Counted from the stretch's first letter, positions 24,539 through 39,800 are shown. The stretch: 64,000 bases of DNA from Proteromonas lacertae (GCA_002245135.1 NGBS01001165.1:124001-188000), one strand, 5' to 3'. Notes: generated from the letters alone by a model not told the origin. A program made the numbers and translations.

Positions 24539-25416
24539 ATGTTGTCATATACAAGGCTTATTTATTCTCAAAAACCATTTTATTTATCAGCATTTGTAGA
24601 TATCAGAGCATTTGCCAAGAAAGCAAGTATTTTGTGAGATAATATTCTTGTAGAGAAGGTTAAGAATAGCAAATTCATCAAATAATCAATCGAAAAACGA
24701 ATCAAATGGTGTAGAAGGTGATATACAATACGATGTGAATGATGTAAAGCAAATGTTGTCAATATCTTTTTTATGGTATTTAAATCATGCATTTTTTTAA
24801 TAATTAAACGAATCTATTGAATCATTTGAAAGAAAAATCAAGACAGTTCAAATTGGTAAAACAGATCCAAGTATAAGTTAGAAATGTTATTGCTAAATAG
24901 AAATTTTATCAACAATTAAAGTAACCCATAACTCAACAACATATCCTTTGAACAAATTAGCACAAGTTGTTGTAAAGAATCCGCAAACACTCTATGTAAC
25001 TCCATTTGATAAATCTGTATATTCAAATAATGTAATATCTATAGACAACTAAACAAATATTCGATGGTATAGTAAAATCAGGGATTTGGATTTAACCCAG
25101 TAGAAGATAAAGGAGGATTATTAATTCCAATTCCAAAGTAATATTAATAAATATTTTTATTATTTTGAATAGAGTGACAAAAGAAGTAAGAGATCAAAAA
25201 ATGAAATTAATTTCTCAATATTCTGAAGAATGTAAACAAAGAATAAGAAGGGTAAGAACCAAAGGAGTAAATCAAATAAAAGCAGCTGAAAAAGCAAAGA
25301 CTATTTCAAAAGATGTGATATTTAAACAAAAGAAAGAGTTGCAGGAACTAATAGATAAATTCAATGAAGATGTTGAAAAGATGGTAAAGAAGAAAAGTGT
25401 TGAATTGGAAAAGTAA
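24539..25416 (+). CDS. Organellar ribosome recycling factor
   Basis: Spliced PLNKLAQVVVKNPQTLYVTPFD, GFNP..LIPIP, VTKEVRDQ, IRRVR; presequence-like N-terminus. One extra G at 25081-25083 breaks the frame. Confidence 0.85.
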
Positions 25417-25517
25417 TTGATTTTTTTTAATGATTATTGTGTTGATAATGTGTCATTTTATAATCTTTTAAATAATAATAAAAATATTAAAAAAAAATGT
25501 AATTTTTAAAAATCTAA

Positions 25518-26344
25518 TTATTGTTGAGTTGGAAGAGTCATAGGCATACCATACCATCTACTTTGTAAATAATAATAGAAAAAGTCTATATATAACACTG
25601 TTTGTATCAACCCAGGAATCCAGACAATCCATCTCACATAATTCTCTGTATAATATCTAACTATCCAATTTAATATATATAATGCACGATATGCACCTAA
25701 ACATGCAACATAGTGAGATGTTAATGCTTCGACTTCACGATATCTTTGTAATACGATCAATTGAGGTAATATCGCTACTGATTCTAAGAATATGGAGAAT
25801 GCCCATAGATACTATGATATTATATATTATATATTATATATTAATACATCTTGTAATAAATGCAAAAAAGTAAATTCACTTTCACTTCCAAAGAGTTTTG
25901 TGATAAACTAAACAAGAATAATGATAATATTATACAACCCATATTGAATTATGATTATTAAATACACAGGCAAGTACCGCACATGGAACAATTGCATATT
26001 TTACGAGGAAAGAATCATGTTGTTCATCATATGTTGATCTGTATGGATCTTTCTTTGTAATCATGTATACTATTCTCATTGACAAATAAAGATATATAAG
26101 TTTCATTGTTAAATTGTAGTATTGAACAAAATCAAGTGAAAATATGTTTAGAAAGGAATTTATTATATCTGTATAACGTGCAACAAACACAAGAACATAC
26201 AACTGCAATGTTTTCAATGATAAACCTATTCATTCATGAAAGAGTAAAAATACCAGCAGCACTCTTTCTAAATGCCAATTGACTCCACAGGAAATAAAAA
26301 CTGAGCAAATGAGCGAGATCACCTGCTATTCTGAATATATTCAT
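25518..26344 (-). CDS. ERD2: ER lumen protein-retaining (KDEL/HDEL) receptor
   Basis: [44 protein letters not shown]; several short introns. Confidence 0.95.
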
Positions 26345-26457
26345 AATCATCTCTGATGAAAATAAAGAAAAAAAGAAAAAAATAATTTGATTAAAAACTT
26401 GGCTTGATAAATCTTCTTTCTTCGTTAGTTTTTATATTTCACACACCATCATAGATA

Positions 26458-26937
26458 ATGGTATAAAAAGGAATACATATTTTTTATATTCTTATATTTG
26501 TTCATAGTCTGGAATTACATGCACAGATGACTGTTTAACAAGATATGAGACTTTAAAACTTCGTTCAAATGTGAGATACATTATTTACAAAATCGAAAAT
26601 GAGCAAATTGTATTTGAAAGAGATGCTCCAAGAGATGCTACTTGGGAATCTATGGTAGATAGTCTTCCCGTTGATGAACCAAGATATATTTCCTTCGATT
26701 TAGAGTATAAGGAAAGTGATGGAAGAGCCACATCAAAACTTCTGTTCATTACATGGTATGTAGATATAATTATCGATTTAATTCAATAGGGCTCCAGATA
26801 ATGCTAATATTAAGAAGAAGATCTTATATTCATCTTCTAAGAACACTTTCTTTGGAAAGTTATCAGGCAGCAAGGCTTATGATGCAGCTGATATGGATGA
26901 TTTACAAAAAGATGAAGTTATCAAAAGAGCTAATTAG
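26458..26937 (+). CDS. Cofilin/actin-depolymerizing factor
   Basis: ATG, intron 26461-26507, then SGITCTDDC..RYIIYKI..LPVDEPRY..KLLFITW|APDNANIKKKILYSSSK; stop TAG ends at 26937. Confidence 0.95.
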
Positions 26938-27019
26938 TAAAAATGTACTTTTATTGTTATACAAGAGTGTATACGTGTGTTTGTGTTTAAAAACAAATAT
27001 AGTTAAAGCATTATAAAAT

Positions 27020-30000
27020 TTACCACCATTCATTCCTTAAAGCCCATATATTCTTCTTCTGCTTGGCAATTTTATGTAATAGCTCTTTGAATAATGGCGT
27101 ATTATCAACAGCTGTGTTATTGTGATTGAAATAGTCTAATATTTCAATTGTTGTACATTTATATTCATTAAATTTCTTGAAAAAAGTAATAATCTCTTTT
27201 GCTAATCTAACAGCAGGACTATTATCATTCACTAAATAATAATAATAATAATATATTAAATACATTTGCCTTTTCTCTCTTTCACTTTACTCAGTATTTC
27301 ATCAGATGATTCTATATTATTTCTATTACTAATTAAAACAGCAGAACTTTTAGAACCAAATCTTTTACGAGATGAAGTTGTACCATTTTTACCAGTCCAT
27401 GTTGGAACACCAATTGGATTACTATTTTAAATAATATTATATAATAATAACAATTATTAATTATACTTGCATTCTGCTCTAGATTGTTGTAATGCATCTA
27501 ATGCTTGTTTTGAAACACTTTTTGCATCTTTTTCTAAAGTCTTTAAATCTTTTGATAATGTTCCATCTTCTTCAAGTACATCATGACTAAATACATTGGT
27601 TAATCCAGTCTATTAACACAATAATAATATAATATATATATATATACTTTATTAAATAATGCTTTCAATAAAGATGCATTATTCTTTTCATTTTCTGCTT
27701 TTGATTTTTCTTCTGGATTTTGATTCAGTCCATCTTCTATATTATCTTCCATAATCTCAGCTTCAGGGAATAATTCAGTACTTTCTGTCACTTCATCTTC
27801 ATCTTGTAATGTAAATAATTCCTCTAAATCAGAATGTTTGAAAAACTTCTTTTGATTTGGATCTTTCAAGATTTTGTCTGTTAAAAATTGTTTGTATATT
27901 TGACGATGATATATTTTTTCTTCAATTGTACCTTTAGTCATCATTCTGTAGATAGTTACATCTCTTGTTTGACCTAATCTCCAAGCTCGTTCTCTTGCTT
28001 GAATATCTGTGGATGGATTCCAATCAGGATCATAAATAATAACATAATCAGCACCAGTTAAATTAATACCTAAACCACCAACATGGGTTGTTAGTAGAAA
28101 TATAAATATTGAACTATCTTTATTAAACATATCAACATGTTTTTGTCTTGAACTGATTGGTGTATCACCATCCATTCTACAATATCTAAATCCTAAATGA
28201 TTTACCATTTCTTCCATCATATTCAGCATCTGCTTTGTTTGTGTAAATAGCAATACTTTATGACCTTGTTGTTGTAATTGCGGTAACATTTTTCTTAATA
28301 CATTTAACTTCCCTGATCTGTCCCAATGGCCAAATTCTTCTGTTGGTGCTGAAATACCATCTAATAAATGACTATCTTCTTCTCTTAATGCTAATAAATC
28401 AGGATGATTACATACTTTTCTTAATTGAGAAATGATTTGAAATGGTTCAACTTCTTCACGGATTACTTTTTGTGTAAATTCTGAATCAATTATTCGTTGA
28501 TATACTTTACGTTGACAATCAGTTAATTTACAAAAAAGAATTTGTTCTATTTTATGAGGTAATTGTGTATTTACATCTCTTTTCAATCTTCTTAACAAGT
28601 AAGGATCAATCAATGTCTTTAAAGTTAAAGCACATTGATAGGCTATTTGAATTCTCATTGGAGTTGCACTTGAATAACCGCCAGCTGTGATTGGACGAGA
28701 AAATTGATCTAAAAATGTTGGTAATGTTGATAATAATCCTGGATATACAAAATCCATTAAAGTCCACAACTCCTTTAAATTATTTTGAATTGGAGTTCCA
28801 GATAATATTATTCTATGATACTATTTATAATATAAGGCATTATATATATACAGTATTAAATTGTTTACAAATCAAAGTAATCTCAATATCAGGATTCTTA
28901 ATCTTATCACCTTCATCTAATATAACATACTGCCAATTCACTTGTAATAAACCAATCTTTCTAGTTCTTACGCCTCCATATGTTGTAATAATAATATCAA
29001 TCTTATTATGTGCTGCTGAATTTAATATATCATCATACGAATAACCATTGTTAATAGTAGTTCCAGAATCATGAAATACAATAACTCTGAGAGGTGGATA
29101 CCATAAATGTAATTCTGTAACCCATTGGCCAATCACTGTAGCTGGACAAACTATTAGGCTTGTCTTCATCATATTGGAATATTTTAAAGAACCAAGGAAT
29201 GTTGCAACTTGTATTGTTTTTCCTAAACCCATTTCATCACCCAAAATTCCCCCAATATTTTGGCAATGTAATTCCCAGAACCATTGTACACCAATTTGCT
29301 GATAAGGAAATAACTGATTGAAAATATGTGCTGGACACTTCAAACCATCTTCAAATGTTACTGAACTTTCATTTTTCATATAATTATCAATTTCTTCATG
29401 AAAATTATAACTTTCTATTCATATATATATATATATATATATATAAAAATTAAATAATACTTTTATAATATGAATTAACATCTGCTTGTTCTACTGTTTC
29501 TATAAACGTATTATGTAGTGACTGTTTTCTTTCTAAACTCTCATTCTCATCTCTACATGCTTTTCGCCATTCTAAAAATGCTTGTAATCGTGTAAAATAC
29601 GTCTCATCAGTACCATCATCAACAATATGATGATTTTCACCTTCAATATATTCTGGATATACTCTATCAACTACACATATTTTATCACATGTTCTTATAT
29701 GTTGTTTTATTGATTCTGGAGTATCAGTTTCATTATTAAATTGTTTAAAACAATGTGGACATTCAGTTATTGATATTTTACTAATTGATTTGGTTTGGAT
29801 CTTTTTAGGTTTTGTATCATCATTATTATTACCATAATTATAAGAATCAAATATTGCATCTATATCGAGTTTATTATTATTATTATTTGCTTTTGCCATT
29901 GAATAGATCAGATCTGTGCTGGGTGATAGAGTCGTTTTAGGCGTTGCTGCATTCTTATTGGATGATGATGATGACAATAATATTTCACCAAATAAATCTC

Positions 30001-30791
30001 TTTCTGGCTTCTTTACTATCGACACTTTTTTCCTTTTCACTGGTTCTGTCTTTTCATTTGAATTATTTTTATTCAATAATTGACCGAATGGATCAAATGA
30101 TTTCTTTGGTTTTTTATTACTGTTTCCTTTATTATCATTATTCTCAGTAGAATGTTCTGATGGTGAATTTGGTACAACAATTGCTTCATTTGATTTTGTA
30201 ACAGGAGGTAGTGAAAATCTTATTATTTTCTTATTTAATATTGGTTCACTTTTTATTGGAGTTTGACTGATGATTTTTTTGCTCTTTAATCCTGAAGCGA
30301 AAGGTGTAATATGTCCATGATCCACATCACTCTCAATTAAGGTATTAACATTAGTAGCTGGTAATATTTCCACTATAAATGTGTATAATATACAGCAAAT
30401 ATACTATTTCCTTGCTTTAATGCTCTTGTAAACATCTTTAGTAATATATATTTCACTTCATAGGTTGATTTCTCTTCTAAAGATAAATTTGTCTCAGTTT
30501 CAAGAAGACCTTTTACTCTTTTTTTTACTGATTTCGCCGATGAAAGTGAAACTGTACATTGAAGAGAACAAGAGACAAATTCTATGATTTAATGAGTGAA
30601 TTTAAATACTTTCAGCATCTTTGATCTTCTTTTCCATTTTATTAATCACTTTTTGTTCTTCTGCAGCAGAATCGACAATTTGAACCCCATCTAACTGAAA
30701 TCTGAATAAACAAATAGACAAACACCATATACTGATTACTATGTACTTTATCTTCAACATTTACTTGTTTGTTATCTTCCTCTATTTCCAT
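27020..30791 (-). CDS. ERCC6: SNF2-family ATPase CSB/Rad26
   Basis: GGILGDEMGLGKTIQ, ILDEGDKIKNP, LRKVCNHPDL, DPDWNPSTDIQARERAWRLGQ, GVPTWTG and C-terminal LFKELLHKIA..WALR; multi-exon. Confidence 0.95.
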
Positions 30792-30917
30792 AAGACAAGA
30801 ATAAAGTTAATATAAAAATGAAATAGGTTTGATTATTAGTTTGAAAAATGTAAAATCAAAAAAACTTAACACAGAAAAAAACACTAATTTAAAAAAAATA
30901 TATCATTACTTAATATC

Positions 30918-33542
30918 TCAGGTATTCTTCACTGCATCAATATTAGTATTATATAACACAATCTTACCACTTTTCTTCTCAAAAATAATCTTACAATAGT
31001 ATCTGTGACTTCTTCCATTACCTCTATATTTCACATTAATTCTTTTATATAAATCTTCAGGTTTATATGTATTAATAGGAAGAATACTGTCCATATATAC
31101 AGAATAAGAAGTAGAACCACATTCAAAACTATCATTATAATCTCTAATTTCAGATATTATTTTCTTCACTATATCAGGCATTGTTAATAGATAGGAGCCT
31201 TTATATCCTAATATATCTTCAATAGCTTGTTGATAAGTGGAATTAGCTGGTAGAGAAGTGATTAAATCAACTACAGTTTCAAAATGATCTGGGAATTGAT
31301 TGTGTAACTTTTCCAGTCTTTCAAAGAATAACTATTTATTACAATAAAATTAATAATAATTAAAAATACAGTATATGTAAAACAAAATGAAGCTAAACGA
31401 TCATCAATAATACAATGTTTTTCACTAATTCTTCTTTCAAAATATTCTTCTTTCGTATTAACAATTGGCAAGTATTTTTGTACTGTAAATCCTTCATATT
31501 GTATTTTGATATATGGTTCTGTATATTCTCTAATTATTCCAACTCCATAAGGTTCAATTTCCATTGCTCCACCTATGGGAATACGTTTTGTGTCCATCAC
31601 TGCAATATTATAAAAACCAGCTAAAAATCGATAAAAGAAATCTTTATATATTTTTTTATTCGATGTTTCTCTAAGAATTGCAGATTTTATAATATCAGTT
31701 GCTGCTTCATATAAATCAATTGAATAACTAATTGGTAATACATGATATTTAGTTGATATAAATTCATTATTTTTACAATTCAAATTATTCAAAGTTTCAA
31801 CAACTCCTTTTCTAGAAAACCTCTTTTTATCATCTTCAAGATAAGTTTTACTTCTTACATCATAACTTAAAGCATAATTCTTTTCATTTATTATTTTCAT
31901 ATCTGAATCAAATATATCACGAATATAAAACCAATCCGATAATTTTTCTCTTAAACGATCTAATACTATTGGAACTCCAAATCGAGGAGCTTCATACATT
32001 AATTTCAACATTCTACTTCCATAATTCATATACAATTGACGAATTGTCATTTTATTTAAATCGCTCAGTTCATTTGGTTTTAATCGACGATATTCCACTT
32101 CTTTTTCTAATTCATCACTTAATACAGATAATACATCAATACAGTTTCTTATATTTTCTATTTTCATATCTATCTCATATTTACAATCTTCAGCATCAAT
32201 TAATTGCAATTGATATTCATTTTGTTCTGGATTTCTAAAACGGGATCCTTCACTATATGCTATATATTTATCATTTAAGTGTTTTACTAACTCATTGTAT
32301 GGTTTTTCATCTTTAATTAAATCTCTTGTTACGATATTTGGACTATTTAATATTAATATATAAATTACATATATACTCATTTTTAACAAGCAAATAGGAT
32401 GGTGATTCCGTATCTTCATAAATAATACACTTAATGAATGAATATTTAGATGGTTCTTCAGACTATTTATATCATAAATATATTATTTTCATCAATTATA
32501 CGATATTTTCAGGCAAACCTCTCTCTTTGAACACTTCTTTATATTCATCTACTAATTCACTGTCAAAACTTAAAAAACTAGTCATCATTGTGTTAAATTC
32601 ATATAATGAGAGTTTCTTCTATAAAAATATATTCTATAATACATACATCTATGAATTTTTGTATAATCTCTATCATTTCATCATATTCAAAAGGTAATAC
32701 TTTGTCTCTAACATTGTTAAAGAATTTAGTCTCAGAATCTCTCTCAGATTTTGATGACAAAGTAGTATTCTAATTGAATGAGTAAAATATCAATAATATA
32801 CTCTATAATAAGGTCTATTAACATAATCATCATCTAACTCTTTATCTGCAGTAGAATTTGGATCTATATGTGTCTTCATGTAAATTATCGACAATTTATT
32901 CACATTTCCACAGGGAGGGGATCTCTTTGCTTGAGGACACGTCGGATCAGTCAAAGGTCTCTTTACAGCTCTATCAATTGGCATTGGTATTATTGGTGTC
33001 ACTATTCTTGAAGTTTGTGTTAAAGGTGCTCTATTCATTGAATTATCCATTATTTGCTGTTGATAATTGAATATATTTGGAATTATAGTAACTCTAGGTG
33101 TCTGGGACTCAGGATGTACTAAATTTGGAACATTGTAAATCATCCTTTGTTGATTCTGTTGCTGATTATATTGTTGTTGCATGATAGAATTTCTAACTGC
33201 AGGTGGATAGGATGTACGACGAATATTTAGGCTTCTATTAACACCATTTATGTTTTGGTGATTTTGAAAGGTTGGTATAAATATAATAGGTTGTTGCGGA
33301 TAAGTCTGTTGAGTAGTATTGTTGTTGTTTGCTAATTGCATCACTTGTTGGTATATGTAGTTCTGGTTGTTAAAACTAGCTTGCAGTGGCTGTGGTTGGA
33401 GTATATATGGTAAAATCCGTGGTTGGGGATTTTGATAAACATTATTAGTAGATATAGGATTGCTAGTATTTATATTCCCTTGTGTCGTGTTCTGGTTAAT
33501 TTGATTTGGTAAATTTCCATACGGGTAGTTATAATAATTCAT
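30918..33542 (-). CDS. SIN3: SIN3-like corepressor (divergent)
   Basis: HDAC-interaction-like LNDKYIAYSEGS..NEYQLQLIDAEDCKYEID and MYEAP..VPIVLDRLREKLSDW; PAH-like exon; N/Q-rich N-terminus. Confidence 0.8.
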
Positions 33543-34214
33543 TTCAGAGAAGATAAATGATTATTAAAACGATTTGATTATAAATGTTTTCGTTGAGACA
33601 AATCAAAAGATTTCAAGCCCTTTATTAAATAAATAATTATTTTAGATTTATTTTTAAGATTATTTCTATCTGTTCTACATTTATAGATCAAAAAGGGAAG
33701 TTCATTTGAATAGAAGAGTATTTATCTTAAGTTGCTAAGAGAGTAAATCATAGACAATATACAGAACAGTATGGCTAGTATCTGTATTAATGTGTATTAT
33801 GAAATAATAATATGATTATAGAGGAATTTTGACTTTTTTAATAATTAGTGTTAACAATTTTGAAGTAAACACTATAATAATTAGGTATACATCTAACCTT
33901 TATTAATACATTACTATTTCTACAAAATAAGCAAGTTAAGTATAATATGTAAAATTACTTTAGCTAAGCAATATAAATCTTATAATTCGTGTAAATGAAA
34001 AAGATAAAACAACAATATACCAATATTTAAACTTTTTATCTTGATATTGAAAAAATGAATCATCTTCGTTGTCTGAAACTGTAATACAGATCAACTAGTA
34101 ATATTGAATGTAAATATCCTGGATAACTGTTAATGTGATTAATCAGCATTCATACTTATTTTTTATTGAAGAATAAAAAATAACAATGTAAATTACATAA
34201 AAATTACATTGTGA

Positions 34215-36700
34215 CACTATAAAAATTTTCTAAGTGTATTTTTTGTCTTTTTTGTATTTTTTCTCAATAACCATAAGGAATTAAAAAGTAAAATTTTACC
34301 ATAACATGAATTATATGTTAGAATATATGATAGTGTAGTTAGTTTCTAAATTACCTAATTTAGGTATCTTATCTCTTTATTGCATATTTATATATATATA
34401 GTCATAGCTACTAACATAACATAAACAAAATCTTTTGATTTTCTTTCTAAGGTTAAAAAAATTAAATACAGTTTGAAGTGTTTTAACCTTAATACAACGT
34501 ATTCCTTATTTAGGAACTTAAAACCATTGATTTTTTTTTGTTGGCATCGGACACTAATTTAAAGGGTTGTGGTATAGGCCATTTTTGGATTGAGAGAAAT
34601 TAATTTTGATGAGTAAATTTGGCTTGTTAGGCGATATTATGTGCAGATCGTAAAAAGTATTCATATATGGATCAGTTATCAAGTTATTTTCCCTCAATTC
34701 CCTGTAGATATGAAGATATTAGCTTTTTTTATATTTACTTGCTCCCACCTTAGTAGCTGTATTACACTATTTAACAGCATATATAAACATCATAAATATA
34801 ATAAAAAAATTAAATAACTGTTCTAAATTATTATTGATTCTTAAATTTCTCTAAAAATTACTATACAACCTATTGAATATATAAATTAATAATATATACT
34901 TTATAAAAATGTCATTTCTAATGCAGAACCAGCATAAGGTAATCTATTTTATAGAATCATAATCATATACTTTAGTAATGATAGAACTCTATTAAATATC
35001 TTCATATTTCATGAATTTAGTGATACAAAAATAGTATTCACTATAATATTTATAAATTATATTAAATATTATACTTATAAATGTGAATTGATAGCTCTTT
35101 AACCTTGATAGTTATAATACTGATCATAATCTTTAATATTTTTCATTCCTCTAACACTATGTCTTACTTTCTTCCCACCTATTTTCCTTACATAACTATT
35201 ACATGATCGGCAGTAATGCTTGGAAGATACAAAGTTATGATAATTCATTAACTTTATCACTCCAGGCATATCTCCAATAAACGAAATACAATACACATTA
35301 TAAAACTCACTATCAATCTTAATTCCATCTAAAAATAAGTCATTGAGTTCTTTGCATATTTTGTTTATTTTTTCACTTACATTAGTTACAGTAATAACCT
35401 GAATCATATTACTACAATAAAAATTGAGAATTTTGTATGAAAACACATAAACACCATTATTATTTGTACTAAATGGACTATTTTCTACTCCATCAAGGCT
35501 TATTACTATATTTTGTCTATTCTGTTTATGTTTATATAGTTATTACATTTTTCAGTTGATGAACTAATTATTGGAATTTCTTTTATATTTGTCAATAAAT
35601 AAACTAGACTTTCTTTAATGCTAAGATAATTATCCTTATCTGGATTTGGCAAAATATTATCTTTAATTACTTTACTCTTTAATGATTTGAAAGTTCTGCA
35701 GCTTATAAGATGAATACTAGATAATTCTTTTAATAGAATTGATGAATTGACATTTGAAATATAATTCTTTATAAAGAATTTGTATAAATATGACATTAAT
35801 CTATACTCGTTATTACTTGCATTTTCATCATCGTCTTCCTCTTCACTATCTTCATTATCTTCCACTTCACTATCTTCATCCTCTTCCTCTTTACTATCTT
35901 CATTATCTTCCTCTTCACTATCTTCATTATCTTAGTAAAATACTAATCAAAAAATCAATTAAATAAATTCAATTACGTTTGTTATTACATTGACAATGTA
36001 AAGAATATATTTTACCGATTTATTTTTTTCAATTTACTCAATTAGTTCAATCTATTCACTCGTTATTTTGTATAAATTAAACTATGTAAAGTAGATATAA
36101 CATATAAATAGTTGTAATATAGATGCTTATTCAGTATTTGAACATATTTATTATAATACACATACACAGCATATATAACAGATTCAATATATTGTATTGG
36201 CTTAGACCAATTAATATTATAAGTTTAATAAAATTATTTACCACTTCTCAAAATCCATTCTAAGTTATATGATGGTTAAGCGATAAAAATATTACCATAC
36301 CTTTAATTTTGTTTGTTGTTTAGAAATATATATATAAAATAGTAAAAATTTAAGGACTTGAGAAATTTGTTCATATTTTTTTAGACTGCAAGTGCAGCTT
36401 TTATTTTATGGTATAATTTAACTTAGTATGTACTGTACTTTAAATTTATATAGTTAGTATTTATATTTCACTTCATTTAAAAATACATCAAAAAATAGAA
36501 TTCTTTGTTTTATAGCTATATATAAAGCAGAATATGAGATCACTAGATATACAAAAAATCTTATCTTAATTTAATCTCTAACATAATGAAAAAAACAAAA
36601 GAAAAAGGTATAAAAGTCAAATATTGACAAACCAGATCTGAGCCAAGTATTGTAATCCTATTTGCAAAATAAAATTCAATGCGAATTATTTTTTATAGTG
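34215..36700 (-). mobile_element. Decayed CACTA/CMC-superfamily DNA transposon
   Basis: Transposase remnants on the - strand (ISLDGVEKSPF; ISFIGDMPGVIKLM..HYCRSC). Candidate 11-bp TIRs CACTATAAAAA / TTTTTATAGTG, each flanked by GA. Many stops downstream. Boundaries are less sure than the transposase call. Confidence 0.6.
35820..35934 (-). repeat. Imperfect tandem repeat encoding EDNEDSEE-like acidic units
   Basis: Recurring tcttcactatcttcattatcttcc units. Confidence 0.8.
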
Positions 36701-36779
36701 GAAGAACAATCAAAAAAAATGATGTAGTTTCTATTGTTTAAGGTATTATATTTTCTTCTTTCAAACAATTGACAATATT

Positions 36780-36800
36780 CACACACACACACACACACAC
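36780..36800. repeat. (CA)n microsatellite
   Basis: cacacaca run about 40 nt downstream of the DIS3 stop. Confidence 0.9.
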
Positions 36801-36838
36801 AAAAGAAGATAAAAAAATAAACAACAACCATAACAAAA

Positions 36839-39800
36839 TTAATTAAGTTTACTTTTCTTTGTCATTTTATCATCACCACCCACTGGACTTGATCTTTTAA
36901 CTCTACTTTTATCATTATCCAGTGATAATGTCAACTCATGTCTAGCACCAGGCTTTTCTTCAACAGATATTCTAACAAGAATTGGTAAAAATGGTCTTAA
37001 AACATCATTTCCATCATTTTTATTGATTAACAACTTTCTCTTACTATCAAATGTATATTTACTTGGTTCTCCTTTCTTTGATAAATACACTACACCTTCT
37101 AAACCATATCTAGGAACCATAACAATCAAACCATTTGCTTTACATCTCATTATAATTGCTCTTTCAGATTTAGCTTCTTTGAAGTATAATTTTGTATATA
37201 ATTCAACTGATTCTCTTCCAGCTAATTGTGCATGTAAATGTCTATTATTCATATTCTGTGTAATTTTATGCAAATAATCTTTATCTTGATAAGTATCAGG
37301 TAATGATTCAACTCCAATTGCAGCAGCTAATAATCGATGAACCATTACATCAGAATATCTTCTAATTGGACTTGTAAAGTGAGTGTAAATTGGAGCAGCT
37401 AAACCGTAGTGTATAAAATCTTGTTCACTATGTTCACCTGATGGGAAATACTCGGCTTGAGTTAAGCATCTTGTAGCCATTATTCTTATCAATGTATTGA
37501 AATAAGGATCATCTGTTTTTACTGCTTTATCTAATGATTCTGCTAATTGTTTATTTGAATCTGTATTGAGTGTAAATCCTTCTGCTAAAGCTAAAGCTTT
37601 GAAATCATCAAATCTCTTAGGATCTGGTTTTGGATGTCGTCTTAAAACTGCATAGTTTGGATAAGTATCATAAATCTTTCTAGCAACAGTACAATTTGCT
37701 AATAACATGAATTCTTCTACTAATGAATTTGTATCTTTATGTTGATAAGATTCTATATTCAATGGATCGTGTGTTTCTGAATCTAATTCAAATCTTACTT
37801 CAGGTGAAGCTAATGATAATGCACCAGCATCAATTCTTTTCTGCTTTAATATCTTTGAGATATTCAACAACATAATCAAGCTTTCTCTCAAATCTTTTTG
37901 TTCCTGTGGAACATTTGGATCATCAATAATTGCTTGAGCAGCTGCATAAGTTAAAGCAATTCTTGATTTCAATATTGTCTTATGAAATGATGAATTCACA
38001 ATTTCACCATTTTCTTTCATCTCCCAAAACACTGAGAAGGCAAATCTATCTTCTCCACCAACTAATGAACATAAAGTCTCTGTTAATAACCCTGGTAACA
38101 TATCCAACCTTCTTTCTACTAAATAAGTAGTTGTACTTCGATCAGCTGCTTCTAAATCAAGTGCATTACCTGGACGAACGTAATAACTAACATCAGCAAT
38201 ATGAACTCCGAGTTCTATATTACCATTTTCTAATCTTCTAGCTGATAAAGCATCATCAATATCTTTACAACCAGGTGGATCAATTGAACATACAATATGT
38301 GTATTTCTGATATCATATCTGCCTTTACTGTTTTCAGGCGTAATCTTCCAGTTCTTGGGAGGTAAACAGGCTATTACTGCAGGACTGAATGCTTTAGTGG
38401 GTGTATTATGTTCTAATAAGATGACATTAGTTTCAGTGTCTTTAGTACCAATTTCACCAAGTGTTCTATATAAGAAAAATAAGAAAAAATAAATAAATAA
38501 AAGAATTAAAAAAAAATCAATAATATATATATATATACTCAGTATAATGTCCTATTGGATATTTTGAATTCACTGGCCATTCATCAATCACCACAATCAG
38601 TCTTTGATTCAATAAAGACTCTCTCTGACTCGTTCTAAATCTTATTCTTGGAATCTTTCTATCTACAGGAATAAACATAGACCATTGTCCATGTAATATA
38701 TTATTATCTACGCTAATACTACCGCAATAAGGTCGCCAATTACGTTTAATTATTCCAACAATCTTGCCAGTTGGTTTTGCATCTTCTTCCTGTTGATTTT
38801 GTGGGATTACTTCCTCAATATTTTCATCATCATCTTTATCTATTCCTTCTTCATTATCATTCATATTATCATTGGTTACGACAAGTGTACAAGGTTTTTT
38901 CCACTGTGATTTTGGTAATATTTCAATTACTACATTATCACCATCAATTGCACGATTTATATGTTTTAATGATTGAATTAATATGGTTGTTGGTTCATCT
39001 TTGTTATTATTATTATTTTCTATATTAAATCCATTAATTGTTACTCTCCCTTCCATCCAATAATCTGGATTAGCACGGTAACAGCCTTGAAATAATTTCT
39101 TCTCTCTTAATCCTTGTTGAATTACACTATCACTATAATACTCTGGATATAAACTCTTATTATTATCATTATCTAAAGATGTAGTTGAATCTAGTGGATC
39201 ATAGATGTGATCTAGTAATTGTGGTGTATTAAGTGATGTTACAAACTCTTTAACTGTCTTTACTCTATTGAGATCAACAAATTGAGGGATATTTTCTTTA
39301 TTTTGAACTATTAGTAAAAAATTACATTTATCTTGTAAATGGTTCGTGTACCATTCTAATGCACGATTATAACATTTCCATTTTCTTATTTCAACTGGAT
39401 CTTGAGTTGAGTAATCTACATAGGTTTCCTTGTTATGCTCGTTTGAAAATAATACAAAGTGTTTGCTTGGTGTGTTTATGAGGTTTCTGATACGATTATA
39501 GATAGATAAATTCCTTATTCTTATAGACTCAAGAACTAATTTTAAAAAATATGGTTTATAACTTATACCTGTCTCTAATATAATTATATTTGTTATTGCT
39601 GAATTCTCAATTTCAAGTAAGTCCAATTGTCTGAATGCTGCTTCTTCATCTAAAATTAGATATGTATTGTTCAATGGTTCTGATGACAGAGTATTTCCAT
39701 TATCAGGAAGAGCACATTCTGAACATAATTCAGAAAAACAAGGTAAATCATCTCTTAGATAATGTTCCTATACCCTAAAATAATAAAGCAATACTCTAAC

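Noticed and set aside
10117..29445. (TA)n runs at ~10117, ~11737, ~14205 and ~29421
   Set aside because: Simple intronic microsatellites.
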